From positions 44,828,001-44,892,000 of the forward strand of contig OZ249436.1 in the NCBI GenBank assembly GCA_965235115.1: a stretch of DNA of 64,000 nt, read 5' to 3'. The translations under genes were made by a program, and so were the position numbers. The notes below the pieces were generated by a model. That model saw only the letters and a program-made list of their open reading frames with translations. It had not been told where the DNA came from and did no database searches. Shown piece by piece: positions 14,290 through 27,438 of the stretch (the stretch's first letter is position 1; every line of letters begins with the position of its first letter). This DNA comes from Laetmonice hystrix. Taxonomy: Eukaryota.

Positions 14290-14575
14290 TAGAGGGTCCT
14301 ACAGGTTGGCCAGATTGAAATTTCATGACTTTCCAGACCAAAACTCCCAAATTTCTGGATAGAATTTTTAAAAATACACTAAAATTCCAGAATTGTCCCC
14401 CAGTACGTCGTGAAACTCTACAATTTAGGCCTAATAGAAACTCAAAAGTGGTTCAAAAGAAATATCTAATTCCATGCCTTTTTCATGACTTTCCCTCGTT
14501 TTTCTATTTTCCATGACTTTTCCAGGCCTGGAAAATCAATTTTCATTTTCCATGACTTTTCATGGCCGTGGGTAG
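14290..14575. mobile_element. Degenerate non-autonomous DNA element with TTTCCATGAC subterminal repeats
   Basis: Repeated TTT(C)CATGACTTT motifs; related fragments at ~29527-29660 and ~32358-32440. Ends approximate. Confidence 0.4.
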
Positions 14576-14870
14576 TTTAGACACCGCCTGACCCACATGG
14601 ACTAGCTCAGCCAGTGCAGAGACCGAGAACATGTCTGTGGTCCGAGTTATGGTCACCATATTATATAGATCCTGCTCCCCAATGACCCACAACCTCAAAG
14701 GTCGTCCATCTTGACGCCGTTCCCACCAAGGAGGAGCGTACAATATTTATGATGGCCCAGTAAAACCATCAGCTCATCTAGTTCATTTAGAGTAGACGGA
14801 TGAACTTTGACCTTGGGGCAATCCTTTCAGGAAACCACGGATTTTGTTCAACTAAAAGGATTCGTCCCTG

Positions 14871-15081
14871 GGCCCTATCCACTATAAGGCGATTTTCCTT
14901 GCGACGCCCATGCGATTTGGACATCACCCTTTTATTTTACTGTAATTTTGAGATTAAAGGATGGAACCCATTTTCTGAAACGGAGAAGGCCAGCCAGGAA
15001 AGATTTCAGAGTGAAATTCCACCATTAAATAAAAAATCGCATGGCCGTCGCAAGGGGAATCACCTTATAGTGGATAGGGCC
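14871..15081 (+). mobile_element. 211-bp MITE, shared-core family copy 2 (termini type B, CTG TSD)
   Basis: TIR GGCCCTATCCACTATAAGG / CCTTATAGTGGATAGGGCC flanked by CTG on both sides. Confidence 0.88.
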
Positions 15082-15781
15082 CTGACATGTCTTGGCGAGG
15101 AGGTGCTGGTTCATTCGGGTAATCATGGACGGGGGCAGTTTTCAGTGCGCTATATGCTATAGCCTCCCCCCAACATAAAACATGATATTTAGTTTACCTA
15201 TAAGCATAGAGATATTTCATAATAGCGCCCGTTAAAATCGTTGGAACCTTTTATAAGTTCCCTACACTGTCATCAAGAATTTTACGAAATTCTTTATGCA
15301 GCCTGAGGCGTGAGGCGGGGGCGTGGATCTTAGAATCTATACCTAAAATAGTGTCCTTTGGCGAAAGGCGTACACAGGAAGGAGGGATTCTCTATCGTTT
15401 CCCGGTGTGGCGGTCTCGTCTATCCGCTAGATGCGCCTGCACGGGGTAAAAGTACTTGTAAGGAATCCCCTCACTATATGACCTGACGACTGGACAGCAG
15501 CCTTCGCTCCGGATATCATCCTCACTAATAGGGTTGAGTTGGTCGTACTCTAATTCTATGTCGCCTCCTCTCTCTCTGTCTATCGATTTCTCTTCATCTC
15601 TCTCTGCCTCCCTCTTTCCCTCCGTCTTCTTGATGGAGAACAGACCCCAAGACATTTTGTAATCGGAATTGATCGACCTTTCAAAAAGCACTATCTTCTG
15701 GTCAAAATGGCAGGAATACAACCACCAGACCAAACGCATTAATTAGTGGATTATCATTAAAATAACTCTAACTTATTTATA

Positions 15782-15955
15782 CAGTTAGACCTCGTTTATC
15801 CGAACAGCTTGGTCCCATTAAAATGTGTTCTGATTGTGAAATATCCGGATTACTGAATTATTTTAAATAGAAAATGGTAAAAGAGGTTGTCAGAAAGGGT
15901 GTTCGGATTGTGAGGTATACGGATTACAGAAGCACGGATTAACGAGGTCTGACTG
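15782..15955. mobile_element. Tc1/mariner (pogo/Tigger-like) MITE
   Basis: TA TSD; TIR CAGTTAGACCTCGTTTATCCG vs CAGTCAGACCTCGTTAATCCG (reverse complement of right end). Confidence 0.85.
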
Positions 15956-16077
15956 TATATTTATTACCTATATCTATAACAATTTAAAGTAAATGGTAAA
16001 CATAATCTTTGGTGGTTCCGTTGGTCTTGTTGCCCTGTCCGACTGTGACACAACACGTATCTAGATGATCAAACGCT

Positions 16078-16770
16078 AGCCAGTTGTACAGTACCTATAC
16101 TACAGTAGAAACCTACGAGCACAGACAAGCGACAAGAGCCAGTTGTACAGTACCTATACTACAGTAGAAACCTCCGAGCACAGACAAGCGACAAGAGCCA
16201 GTTGTACAGTACCTATACTACAGTAGAAACCTCCGAGCACAGACAAGCGACAAGAGCCAGTTGTACAGTACCTATACTACAGTAGAAACCTCCGAGCACA
16301 GACAAGCGACAAGAGCCAGTTGTACAGTACCTCTACTACAGTAGAAACCTACGAGCACAGACAAGCGACAAGAGCCAGTGGTACGGTACCTATACTACAG
16401 TAGAAACCTCCGAGCACAGACAAGCGACAAGAGCTCATACAGTAGAAACCTACGAGCACAGACAAGCGACAAGAGCCAGTTGTACAGTACCTATACTACA
16501 GTAGAAACCTATACGAGCACAGACAAGCGACAAGAGCCAGTTGTACAGTACCTATACTACAGTATAGAAACCTACGAGCACAGACAAGCGACAAGAGCCA
16601 GTTGTACAGTACCTATACTACAGTAGAAACCTCCGAGCACAGACAAGCAACAAGAGCCAGTTGTACAGTACCTATACTACAGTAGAAACCTCCGAGCACA
16701 GACAAGCAACAAGAGCCAGTTGTACAGTACCTATACTACAGTAGAAACCTACGAGCACAGACAAGCGACA
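16078..16770. repeat. 59-bp minisatellite, ~12 copies
   Basis: Unit AGCCAGTTGTACAGTACCTATACTACAGTAGAAACCT(A/C)CGAGCACAGACAAGCGACAAG. Confidence 0.95.
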
Positions 16771-17459
16771 GACAAGCGCACATTTATCAGAAGATTAATG
16801 TCAGTGTACGGATTAGGAAATGAAGACAGTCCTGCTCGCTCACCTCCAAGATTTACCGTGATACAGAGAAGTGGGCCACGGTATAGTTAGCCGTCCGTAC
16901 AGCGGGATAAGATCGGTTTTATTGTTTGCCTTTAAGCGGCCAGGTATCCTCTTCACGGCAGATATTTTAGTTGGGGATGGATTTGATTTCGTTATTACCG
17001 TTAAGGTAGTTGGGAAGTCTCCTTGCCCTTGCTGTCGGCATGTATCAGCAGGGACAATTCAGGAAGTTGTATGCATTATGTGGGAAGAACGAAGATTTGT
17101 TGGCAAGGCGCAACAAACTCCCCTAACCCCCCTCGCTTGGCGTCGCCCCTGTGTATATGTTATTCCGTGTCTCCGACTTGTCAACTGAAAAACACCTGTG
17201 TAGGATTTGTAGTGTTAGCATCTGTGTCCATGATAAATGCTCTTTATAACTCAGTAGCTGTCTCAGGGGGAATGTCAATACTCCGGATTGGAACACTATA
17301 TTGGTACACTCATTTCGGCTCAAGTCAGGTTGCGGGCTTGGCGTCTTTAAAATCACCCCTGAGGGGCGGGGCGGAAACGGGAAAACCGGACGGACAAATG
17401 TAGTACTATAAATGGGTGGGTGAGGAATGCCATCTTCACGGCGAAAACAAGCCAGGTTA

Positions 17460-17683
17460 AGCCTGGTTCACATATAGGACCGTAAACTGTAAATCGCAAG
17501 CCGCAAGCCGGGAAAGTTGAACACGTTTCAACTTTCCCGGTTTACGGCTTACGGCCGGTAGGTCGCCGGTCGTGTTCACATAGAACCGGGAAGGGGTTTT
17601 GCGACTTGCGCTAACAGCCGGCGGTTGCGCCTTGTGGCTTCAGGCTTGCGATTTCCAGTTTACGGTCCTATGTGAACCAGGCT
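17460..17683. mobile_element. PIF/Harbinger-type MITE
   Basis: TIR AGCCTGGTTCACATA...GGACCGTAAACTG..AAATCGCAAGCC mirrored at the right end; flanks TTA and TAA (TWA target). Confidence 0.85.
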
Positions 17684-17793
17684 TAATATTACACAGTAAA
17701 ACGGTCCCGACGGGAGCTGTGATAATAGCAGAACTGGTAACCTGACTGGGTTGTCATTGGGCAGAATTTATAAGACAGTTAGTAGACCAACTG

Positions 17794-17911
17794 GGGCCCG
17801 TCTTACTAAACATCGTTAAGCCCGATCTAGTTAACTTATAGCTAGTTAATAACTAGAAATCGTTATTAACTAGAGCTGGTTAAAACCCGTCTTACTAAGG
17901 TCTAGTTAGTC
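17794..17911. mobile_element. Outer left arm: probable left half of a ~257-bp MITE split by the large transposon (or its outer terminus)
   Basis: 24-bp TIR GGGCCCGTCTTACTAAACATCGTT (17794-17817) matches 34141-34164 at 23/24; partial internal TIR copy CCCGTCTTACTAA at 17886. Confidence 0.75.
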
Positions 17912-18016
17912 GGCGTTTAAGTATGTCACGAGACTTCACGGGATTTCGCGTTCTCGGGACACTCCATTATCGCTCATGGTTGCCAGATGCTGGACTGGTA
18001 GGACTGTTGTGCGGAG

Positions 18017-21000
18017 ATGGCACTCTCGTTGGCCTATTGGGCCACATATACCAGTGGTAGTGTCAAGTTGCAAAGAAAGAGTGAGGCAGCTGTCGCGGCG
18101 GATCGTGTTCTCCGGTTTGAGCTCGAGGAAGGAGTCGTAAAAGCCTCCGTTCAGGCCAGTATGCGCGATAAAAGTTATCAAGTAGAGGTAAGCATTTTGG
18201 TAGAAGAATACAGGATCCGACCGCCAACAGCAAACGGCCGCAAACAACAAACAGCTGCCAACTCTATTTATTCCGTTCTCTCCCCCTCCCCCTCCCCCTC
18301 CCCCTCCCCCTCCCCCCTCCCTCCCTCCCTCCCTCCCTCTCTCTCACACACGTATTCGACCAGGGCCTAGCCCTAGGCGGTTATGGTTATCGGCGGCCGT
18401 TTGCTGTCTGCGGCCAGATCCTGCTGTGACCAGCATTTTCACAGTGATCATCACTGAAAATGTGAAATCAGGGCCGTAGCCTGCGGGGGGCAGGGGGGCC
18501 CCCCCTGGGATTTCCAGTTTTTTGTGTTTTTTTTAAAACCCACACCCCGGGCCAGCTCGACCGGCGCAATGACGCGCTATCACTTGGCGGGCCTACTGCC
18601 CCCCCCCCCCCCCCCCCACGCATTTGGGCCAGGCTACGGCCCTGGAAATCAGTTTTGTCATTCTAGCCCACCCTAAACTGGTCATATTGACATGGAGAAA
18701 CTCAAAATCCTAGATTTGCTCAACACCTCTTTCTTCACTGTTCGCTATTGAATTATTGTATTGCCCAAGCCCAAGGCGCTAGTAACGTATAAAATTGTAC
18801 TGTAAGTGTAACGTTATCTATGTCTGTATTTCGGTTTGTCTGTGTCAAATCTGTCTACAAAATGAAATAAAAATACATTTGAAAAAAAGGATCAGGACCC
18901 TAATGAATTCACCATTTTAATTAGGCTGAAACTAATCTTACCCTACCCCTAGAAATAAAAGATTTTTTAAAAATTGGTAATTTTCAATTTTATTTTATTT
19001 TTTTTGCATTTGGTGCTCTGGTACCAGGTAATTGGATGGGGGTATTAGCCTATTAGGGTGATCATAGGTTCCTGAAAGGACTGTTGTACCCCCATTTCCA
19101 AGTCTTCCCCCTTCCAATATTATATCCTGGATCCAGGCACATCTCAGTTATGTGTTTGTTTTATGTAGAATGTTATATCTGAATATTTGTTACAACACAG
19201 GACAAGTATTTGCAGAAAAAGCTACGTCATGGCGAATTAGGGTAGCCGGTGAATTACGGTCCTTGACTCCTGTGGTGTTAGTGCTCTACTCATTTTCCCA
19301 TGTAGATACACTTGGATGAAGCATGGGGAGTTCTGCGTTCGAGTTGCGAATGCCCGCTGCGCATGTATGTGTGCCACCACGTTGCGGCAGCACTCCTTTT
19401 CGGGTAGGTACTGTTTTTGGGCATACATTGTTATTGGGAATCTATGAAACAAAATTTGTTTGTTAGACCATGTCATCATGAGGTTTTTAGGCACCGGGTA
19501 CCATACCTTGAAGAAGACTGCGATGGAGGAACCCACCTGGAGGTTTGAGTGTACATGTACAATGATTTGACTTTGTTGCCTAGTGGCTATTTTTTTTTAA
19601 AAACATATTTACCTTTAATCTGTTAGCTTATAAAATCTCCTGGTAGGCAGGTAGTTAGGTAGGTAAATGCTGGTTGTTGAGGTGAGTTTTATAGAATACT
19701 ACATTATATATTTTTCATAGAAAGTTTTTTATGCAATGTATGATTTCTTGAACTTTTATTCATGTAAGTTTTAATTTTTCATTTTTTGTTGAATAAGCCT
19801 TTTTTTCAGATTCATAGAAAAATTTGAGCCCATCTCAGCTTTTTATAACATAGAGTCAGATTGGTTCTGTTATTTCTCTGACACCTTTTGGTTTCTGGGT
19901 TCGACTCCCAGGCTGGCCAAACAGCATGTTTTGTAACATGTTCATTACTAACGGTTGAAACAGATCGGCCAGTGTTTCTGCCCCAAGATGTTGGTGAAAT
20001 ACAGCACAAAAGGTTTGCCTCCCAATATTATGAAGTCATTTGTTTAGTGACATATTTAATGTTAATCCAAGTTTTTTTGTAGTTAGAAGGAGCAAAATTT
20101 TCCAGCAAGCAGATATGTAACTAGTTAGGTAAGTAATGGCTGATATTTTTTTTCTGATATTTATAGGAAGTTGTGTCAGAATAACTTTCTTCTTCTTAAC
20201 TTTTAAATTGTGTCAAGTTCTCTAGAGCCAGATAGTTGAAATTTTCATATACATGAGTAAATATTGTTTTACCTTGAAGTGGCTGTTTTTCCTTTCATTT
20301 AAAAAACTTGTTTAACCTCACTTTACAGCTTTTCAGAAATGAAACAATAGACTCAAGGGTTTATATCATTATACTGAATACAGCGACCCTCTTTATATCT
20401 TTTGTCATGTATGGAAATTGTACTTAACATAAAGCTTCCTTTATTTATGCTGGTATTTCCCATACCCCTTTTCATGTTGTCTAATATCTGTTCAATTATT
20501 TTGATTTGATACCATAAGCATCTACAGATCAATGAGTATATAGTGTGCCTGTTAGGAAATTCATCATATAAGATTTGAGAAAGAAAGAATTTCATGCTCA
20601 AAATCTGTTGTAAAGCTCGATGAATAAACAAGGTCAATGTTTTCAGCATGAACATGATGTTGGATATGGACCGGGTATGTGATCACCAAGGGGGGGGGGG
20701 GGTTCATGGCTACAAAATTGTACATTGGACAGAACTTGAGTTCCTTGTACATGTATATGTTGTACGGCAACACAGTATGATTTTTCTCAATAGGTATAAA
20801 AACGTAAGTAAGACTGACCTGCCCCAATCTTGGGTCAAGCGTCCCAAGTCTGCCAGGCCAAAGACTGTGAGGACAATGGCAGAGATGTACCCTACCAGTG
20901 ATCCAGAGTACAGGTAAATATCGATTTGATTCATCATAATGCCTTGATATTAGGAATTCTCACAAGGGTAGTCAGTGTTCCAAATCTGTATATATGTGGT

Positions 21001-24000
21001 AAGAAAATGTGTATTTCCTTTTTTCTCATTAATGTAACCAGTAGGATTGATTATTGCCTCTTGACAGTTTCAAAGATAGACTGGTAACTGTTACTAGGCT
21101 ATTTATCATTATGTTCCCTCCTTCATTCCATTGACACAGTGCTTTAGGAAGGCCTGTCACACAGGAGGACAGACATTTCCTGTATCAAGGGTTGTCGGAG
21201 CTTGGTCGCTTTACTGGTACAACATATACATTAAAGAGCCAGAGTCTGTAACTATGACCCAGGAAGTGATACATCATGTTCCAGTAGGCCAGTGATTCTC
21301 AACCTCTGAGGTGCTGTTACCCCCCTTCTAAGATAGCAAGCTCGGCAATCCTCCCCCCCCCCCCCATTTTTGCAGAATCAAGAAAAAAAGTCAGAAAAAT
21401 AAAATAATTTTTCTTTTTAACATGGCCCTATTACTCTTCCGTAATATTTGGATATATTGGGACTAATTCTTTCCAAATTTGCATAAATAGCAGTGGCTTA
21501 GTTAGGGCACTTTTGCATTGATGGCGCTTTTTATGGCAAGAATGCGATTTTAGGCAATTTTCATTTGGCCATATCTCAGTGCGCCCCCTATGGATTTCAG
21601 TGAAACTTGTTTTATTATGTTCCTCTGTATCTCTGCTATTTCAAGAAGGCTTTTTGCCTTATTAACCCTCTACATGCCAGAGATTGACATATGTTGCAAT
21701 CAAGACGCCCTTAAAACATGTGGTCACTGCAGTGCTGCCACCTGCCAGTTGAGCCGCCTATTGGCCCATTGGAGAACTAACCTTTTGTCTTTCTTGATGA
21801 AGTGGAGTGTGCTGTGGTATGAACGTTTTAGCACATAGAGATTTTGACTATGTCACTATTTTGTGACCTAAAAAGGACTGTAATTTCCCCCTCAAAGGGA
21901 TCTTCTGATAAAAAACGTAATTTTTGTCAGTTTGTGGCCTACTGGAACATGATATATCACCCCCTTCCATGAGCTGGCCCACAGTTACAAACTCTGGCTC
22001 TTAACCTACGTGACGTGGCATTGTATGATTCAGTTCACTTTTTGAGTGGAATTTTACTTAGTGTCTTGTTGTTTTTTATAGGTTTCTTATGGCGTTTGAG
22101 GTTCACCGATTGGCTTTATACTTAACCATAATGGAAAGGTTATGACAGAAATTAGAGATAGTAAAAATAGTCTGTGTGAAAAATAGTAATAATGTTATAA
22201 ACGTTTATGATGCTGTCTTGAAGTAATTCTGCATTAAATGCAGAATGGCGACCATTCACTGATAAAATATGCATAAGTTTCACAGTTGTGTGGACTGCTG
22301 TTCTATCAACTCCTGGCCATTCACTCTATAGACTTTGTTGGTCCAGAGACCAACAGCTATGCTTTAAAGACTAACATCACAACGTTCTGACGAAGAACAT
22401 GACTAGAGGTGAAACTTTTGTCACAAATTGATGGAAAATTGCACATTGTTGGGTAAATAATTTGAACAAAAAATAAAAAAAGAGTTATTGTGTAGATGAA
22501 ACCATACAATATCAATATCCCATTTCCCTTCTTGAAAGGGAAATGGGATAATAAGTCAATCTCATGCTTTTGTAAGTGCACTCTTCTTATTGCCGACGAT
22601 CCTGTTTATTTTTCTGTAACTTTATTTTTAGCTCTACACTGGATTATGTCCCCTGAGCCACCCAAGGGCACCGCACTCCTTATTCCAAATATTGAGGACC
22701 TGCTGGTATCCCCTCAGTATACCAGCAGCCCCACTCCACTTTTGTGGCTCAGGAAGGCCCTTGTCGTGCCTGCCAAACTTGTACCCCAAATCGCAACCCT
22801 CACAACGGGACAGCGGAACAACACCATGTGGTCAGTGCTACGGAAACTCAGGTTCACTGCTTCAAACTTTGGGGATCTGATCTCTGCTGCCAGGAGGGGA
22901 AGGTACTTTTTTATTTTATTTCAATTTTTTTTTATTGCAAATCATGTTTTGGCCCATGAGGACAGTTACACACATCGTCTAATGAAACGTTTGTAGTATT
23001 CACTTCCTAGTATGACACATCAGTCAGTCACATCAGCCATACTCATTAACAAAGGACAATGACAATTAAACGGACGATAAATGAACAAAAATTTATTTAT
23101 AACTTGGCGACAAGGACTATCACACATTATCACTCTAAAAGTTTAATTCTTCTTTGTGTCAGTCCGGGATAATTATACGATTCTTTAGTCATTTACATGA
23201 TAAATTACCTAAATGTTTCTATGGACTGAACTGAGAAACCTGGGTTGAGACAGCGAACCTTGAAGAAGTTTGCCTGAACCATGTTGCTTTAATTATTGCG
23301 CGAGTGATACCACTTTATAAAGCCGAAAATGTACATCTTTTCAATAATTACAGGCCTATTTCCATTCTTCCTATTTTATCGAAGATTTTGGAAAAGATTA
23401 TGTACAATCGAATTTACAAGTTTTTGGAACACCACAATATACTATACGATTTTCAGTTTGGTTTTAGACAAGAACATTCTACTGAATCAGCCTTAACTAT
23501 CTTAAGCAACAAAATTCTCGACTCTTTTAATCAAAACAAAATAACTTTAGGACCTAAGCAAGGCTTTCGACACTGTAAATTTTCAAATTTTGATGTATAA
23601 ATTAGACTACTATGGCATCAGAGGTACAGCTTTAAACTGGATAGAAAATTACATATTTAACAGACGCAGCATACAAAATTTGATGACTCTTTGTCCACGA
23701 ATCAAACCACAAAAATGGGTGTACCCCAAGGCTCAATCTTAGGACCACTCCTTTTCTTAATTTACATAAATGACTTATATTTCGTATCAACTTTGTCTTC
23801 ACCTATTATGTATGCTGATGACAACAGTCTGTTTCTCTCTGGATCTACACCAGAGTCTCTTATTAATACAGCAAACAAGGTGCTCTCAAATATATACCTC
23901 TGGCTAATACAAAACAAACTATCTCTAAATATAAAAAAATCGAAATATATGTTGTTCTATAAATCAAAACTTAAATATACCTATAATTGTGATCTTAAAA

Positions 24001-24952
24001 TAAATGACTCCGTTATTGAACGGGTTACAAGTATTAAGTTTCTTGGTTACCAGCTTGATGAAAAGCTCTCATGGAATTTACACATTTCCATGATTTCTAC
24101 TAAAATAGCGAAAAATTTAGGACTCCTTCTAAAATTAGGAAAAGTTCTAGCTAATTATACCTTAAGGACCTTGTATTTTTCTCTCATACACCCATATATA
24201 ACAAACGGTCTACACATCTGGGGAAATACGTCGATATCATACCTTCAACAAATAACTAAGTTATTGAAAAAGGCTATTAGAATTATCAGTAGTTCTCACC
24301 CTAAAGAGCATACAACACCTCTTTTTAAACAATATAACATACTCCCTTTAGAATGTCAATACAAATTCAACACTGCTCTTTTTATGTTTAAAACTTATCA
24401 CTTTAAACACCCACAGTGTATCCTCGAATTATTTGACAGACGCGAAAATAATGTAATGCCTATAACCCGACAGCAACGGCACTATATAATACCTAAGGCC
24501 AGATGTAAGGCCTTTGAAAAATCTATATTTGTCCAAGGTCCAAAAATTTTCAATGATTTGATTGGGGAGTTAGACTTAAAATGTTCTATTCATACCTATA
24601 AGAAATACCTGAAGATACATCTTTTAAGCAATCTTGTGTAAGACGAACATGCCAGGCAAACTTATGTCGCTGTAAAGATATCACTGTTTCATTTTAATTT
24701 TAATCCCATGTGTATATATGTTCTATGATAGATAATATTTGAAAAAAACTGTGTTAAATTCTTCCTGAACGGAGCTCTTTTCTTTTTTCTTCTTCTTTTT
24801 TTTTATTATTATTTACCTTAATGTTATCTTTTGCCGTCTTACAATAAAAATGTCATCTCAATTCATGGAACAGGGATTTCATAAGCTATTCGCTTCCTAT
24901 CCCTAATATCTTGCAACTCCAAGTGTACTTTGTTCTCATGTGAAAAATAAAA

Positions 24953-24983
<31 letters not shown>

Positions 24984-26643
24984 TATTATTATTATTGGTT
25001 TCCATCAAATCACGGGTATCATATCTTCATTATTTCATTTTTACAGTATGTCCACTTCCCTCCGAAAAAAACTAGTCCTGCCCTACAATTTGGAAAGTGT
25101 GGCATCCTGCACTTGGGGGATAGTGCACGAGGACTCTGCACTTGCCACATACACTGCCCTTGGGGCAAAGGTTAAGCCTACAGGTAGGACGGTTGGTCGA
25201 CCGGTCGGACGACCATTTGTCTGATCTACTTTTTTTAACAAAGTACCAGGGTAATCACTCTTAAATCCTACAAACATATTCCATTTATAAAGATACGATT
25301 TTAGAAACAAATACCAAAGACCATTATTCGTCAGCATTTCCTCAACCTCAGTAATAAGCTAGGCAGTATGTTCATGCTGGTAGTTGAACCTTCTGAGCCT
25401 AGAACTGGGCTAGATAGGTTAATGGCAAGTTACAACCAATACAATACGGTAGGCCTAGTCTGCTGCATGGAGACATTTTAACAGCTTGCAATATGTATAC
25501 AAGCACTTATACTAGAATTCAATATGTTTGTGCACAGTCACACCTTTGGTCCTTGCATATGATCAGTTCAGTTCACTAGGTTACGCGTTAAGTACAATGT
25601 GTGATTTCACAACAAACGAGACAAATTTATAACTTATGATTACAACTTTATAACATAATTTATAACTCTTTTATTATCCCTAAGTTTCAGCACAAGGGTA
25701 CCAAAAAGTATTTCTTAAAGGGAACAGAAAGATTTGCTGCAAAAGTCGCATATAAATAAAAAGAATAGTGTATTTGATCACATTGTCCTGTAAAACATCA
25801 TATAATTTGAAATAGAGTTTTACACATAAACTGGCAATTCTTTACTCTGGTTTACTGGGGTATCTTTTTCTTTGTGCAGGTCTCTGGCTACATGAAAGTG
25901 GGGTGCTAGGTGCTTCCCCAGACGGCCTTGTTACAAAGCCTCCAAGCAGGGCACAGATTCACTTCCAGACCCCAGAGGCTGAGTCAAGACAGCCTGAGCT
26001 AGTAGAAATAAAGTGCCCTTTCAGTGCCAAAGATCAGACTGTCTTCCAAGCAGTCGAGTCTGTGAAGGACTTCTGTCTTAGTAAGTTCATCATATTTCGG
26101 TATGGACTAAGTGGTTTAGAAAAACATTTCATAAAATAAAATATAAAAGAAAATTAATGTTGTATATAAAATCCTTTACAATATGGCCAAATCATAATAA
26201 CAATCTTACCTATTTAAATTTATTTGTGAAGAAAAGCTTTGCTTGTCTCCCACTTGGCAGTGTTAAAGCGATTAAATAACATAGCTACCCATGATATACT
26301 GCTTCATCACTTATGTACACTACCTATCTGGTAAAAAAAAGCTCTATTCGTACGACCGGTAATCTATATTGCATTTATGACTGTTGCATAACAACATACT
26401 TACTTTTTGATACATTTCTCATTACTAGGGAATGATGATGGCCACCTGTCCCTAAAGAAAACACACAGGTACTACCACCAAATTCAGGGCCAGCTCTACC
26501 TCACGGGCACCCACTGCTGTGACCTGGTTGTGTGGACGCCGCACGCCACAGAGATAGTCAGAATTGTCCGTGACGAAGCATGGTTGCCCAACATCAGTTC
26601 CATGATCGACTTTTACTTTCATTCCTTTATTCCAAGTATTTAA
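18017..26643 (+). CDS. SWIM zinc finger + YqaJ-like (lambda exonuclease / PD-(D/E)xK) nuclease, 8 exons, 429 aa
   Basis: Exons 18017-18187, 19306-19403, 20794-20913, 21140-21216, 22632-22902, 25047-25183, 25880-26080, 26429-26643; all introns GT-AG with matching phases; 1290 nt with no internal stop. Motifs: [83 protein letters not shown]. Confidence 0.9.
18199..18431. mobile_element. Merlin-like MITE in intron 1 of the nuclease gene
   Basis: 8-bp TSD AGCATTTT (18191-18198, 18432-18439); GGT...ACC ends; ~31-bp imperfect inverted repeat CAGGATC..CCGC..ACAGCAAACGGCCGC. Merlin call rests on GG termini plus 8-bp TSD. Confidence 0.7.
18469..18644. mobile_element. hAT-like MITE with 5-bp TSD (hAT5-type)
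   Basis: Perfect 15-bp TIR CAGGGCCGTAGCCTG; TSD GAAAT on both sides. Confidence 0.8.
23293..24996 (+). pseudogene. 5'-truncated, frameshifted non-LTR retrotransposon (CR1/L2-group LINE) reverse transcriptase in intron 5 of the nuclease gene
   Basis: RT motifs [26 protein letters not shown] (frameshifted), [28 protein letters not shown]; ORFs 23304-23600 and 23691-24641 are broken; 3' UTR ends with AATAAA then an (ATT)n tail at 24952-24996. Confidence 0.9.
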
Positions 26644-26664
26644 TCTAGATCACAGGAACCCATT

Positions 26665-27284
26665 GGGTCATTCCATGTGAAATCACCTAATTTTCAGACA
26701 AATCCCATAGTGATAGTCTTGGATTTGCTTCAATTTTTTTTGACATGTTGCCTGTGGTGCCAAATGGAAATATGCCAAGTTTTACCTCATTATCATTTAT
26801 AGCTTTTTTTATAGGGGGTCAAAAAAGTGAGCGTGGCTCCTTTTATCGCGACAAAAATGCTGCCGACAGATTAATTCCCATCTTTAACAAACCATAGCTC
26901 AGGAACTATCAAAGATATCAACTTGATTCTTTCAACATAGATCCTTCATCATGTACACCCTTGTTGGCAGGTGTCAGATTAAAATTTAATCAAGTAGGAG
27001 TCAAGCAATTATCTGCTACATTTAAGCATTTTTCTGACGAAAATGAAAAATCGTCACATTTCAGATCAGCTTTTGACCCATACCTCATAGGATGAATGGA
27101 ATTTAGTTGTTTCTAAATGATAGTACACCTAAAGGGCTTCCTACAGTAACAAAAGCAGTTACTTAAGATCAGTAGTTTTCTGGTAAGAATTCATTTGGCA
27201 CCACAGGCAACATGTCAAAAAAATTTGAAGCAAATCTGAGACTATCACTATGGGAGCCCTGGGTGATTTCACATAGAATGACCC
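26665..27284. mobile_element. MITE with long bipartite TIRs, 21 bp downstream of the nuclease stop codon
   Basis: GGGTCATTCCATGTGAAATCACC vs GGTGATTTCACATAGAATGACCC, plus a ~60-bp inner inverted repeat (CCCATAGTGATAGTCT...GGTGCCAAATG); TSD not clean. Confidence 0.8.
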
Positions 27285-27438
27285 CAAACAATCCCTGTTC
27301 TTGTTATGAAATGGTCTAGGGCAAGTCTTCCACTTCTAACTTCTTCAAAATTGCATTTTTTACAGCTCTTATGTTATGTTATGAAAAATGGACGCATAAG
27401 AAACACTTATTTGACAGGTTTCCTCGAGTGGAAGAGAG

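Noticed and set aside
23304..24641. Reverse transcriptase as a third gene of the transposon (RT + nuclease + transposase system)
   Set aside because: It is 5'-truncated, frameshifted, has its own 3' UTR and (ATT)n tail and lies wholly within an intron; it is an independent LINE insertion.
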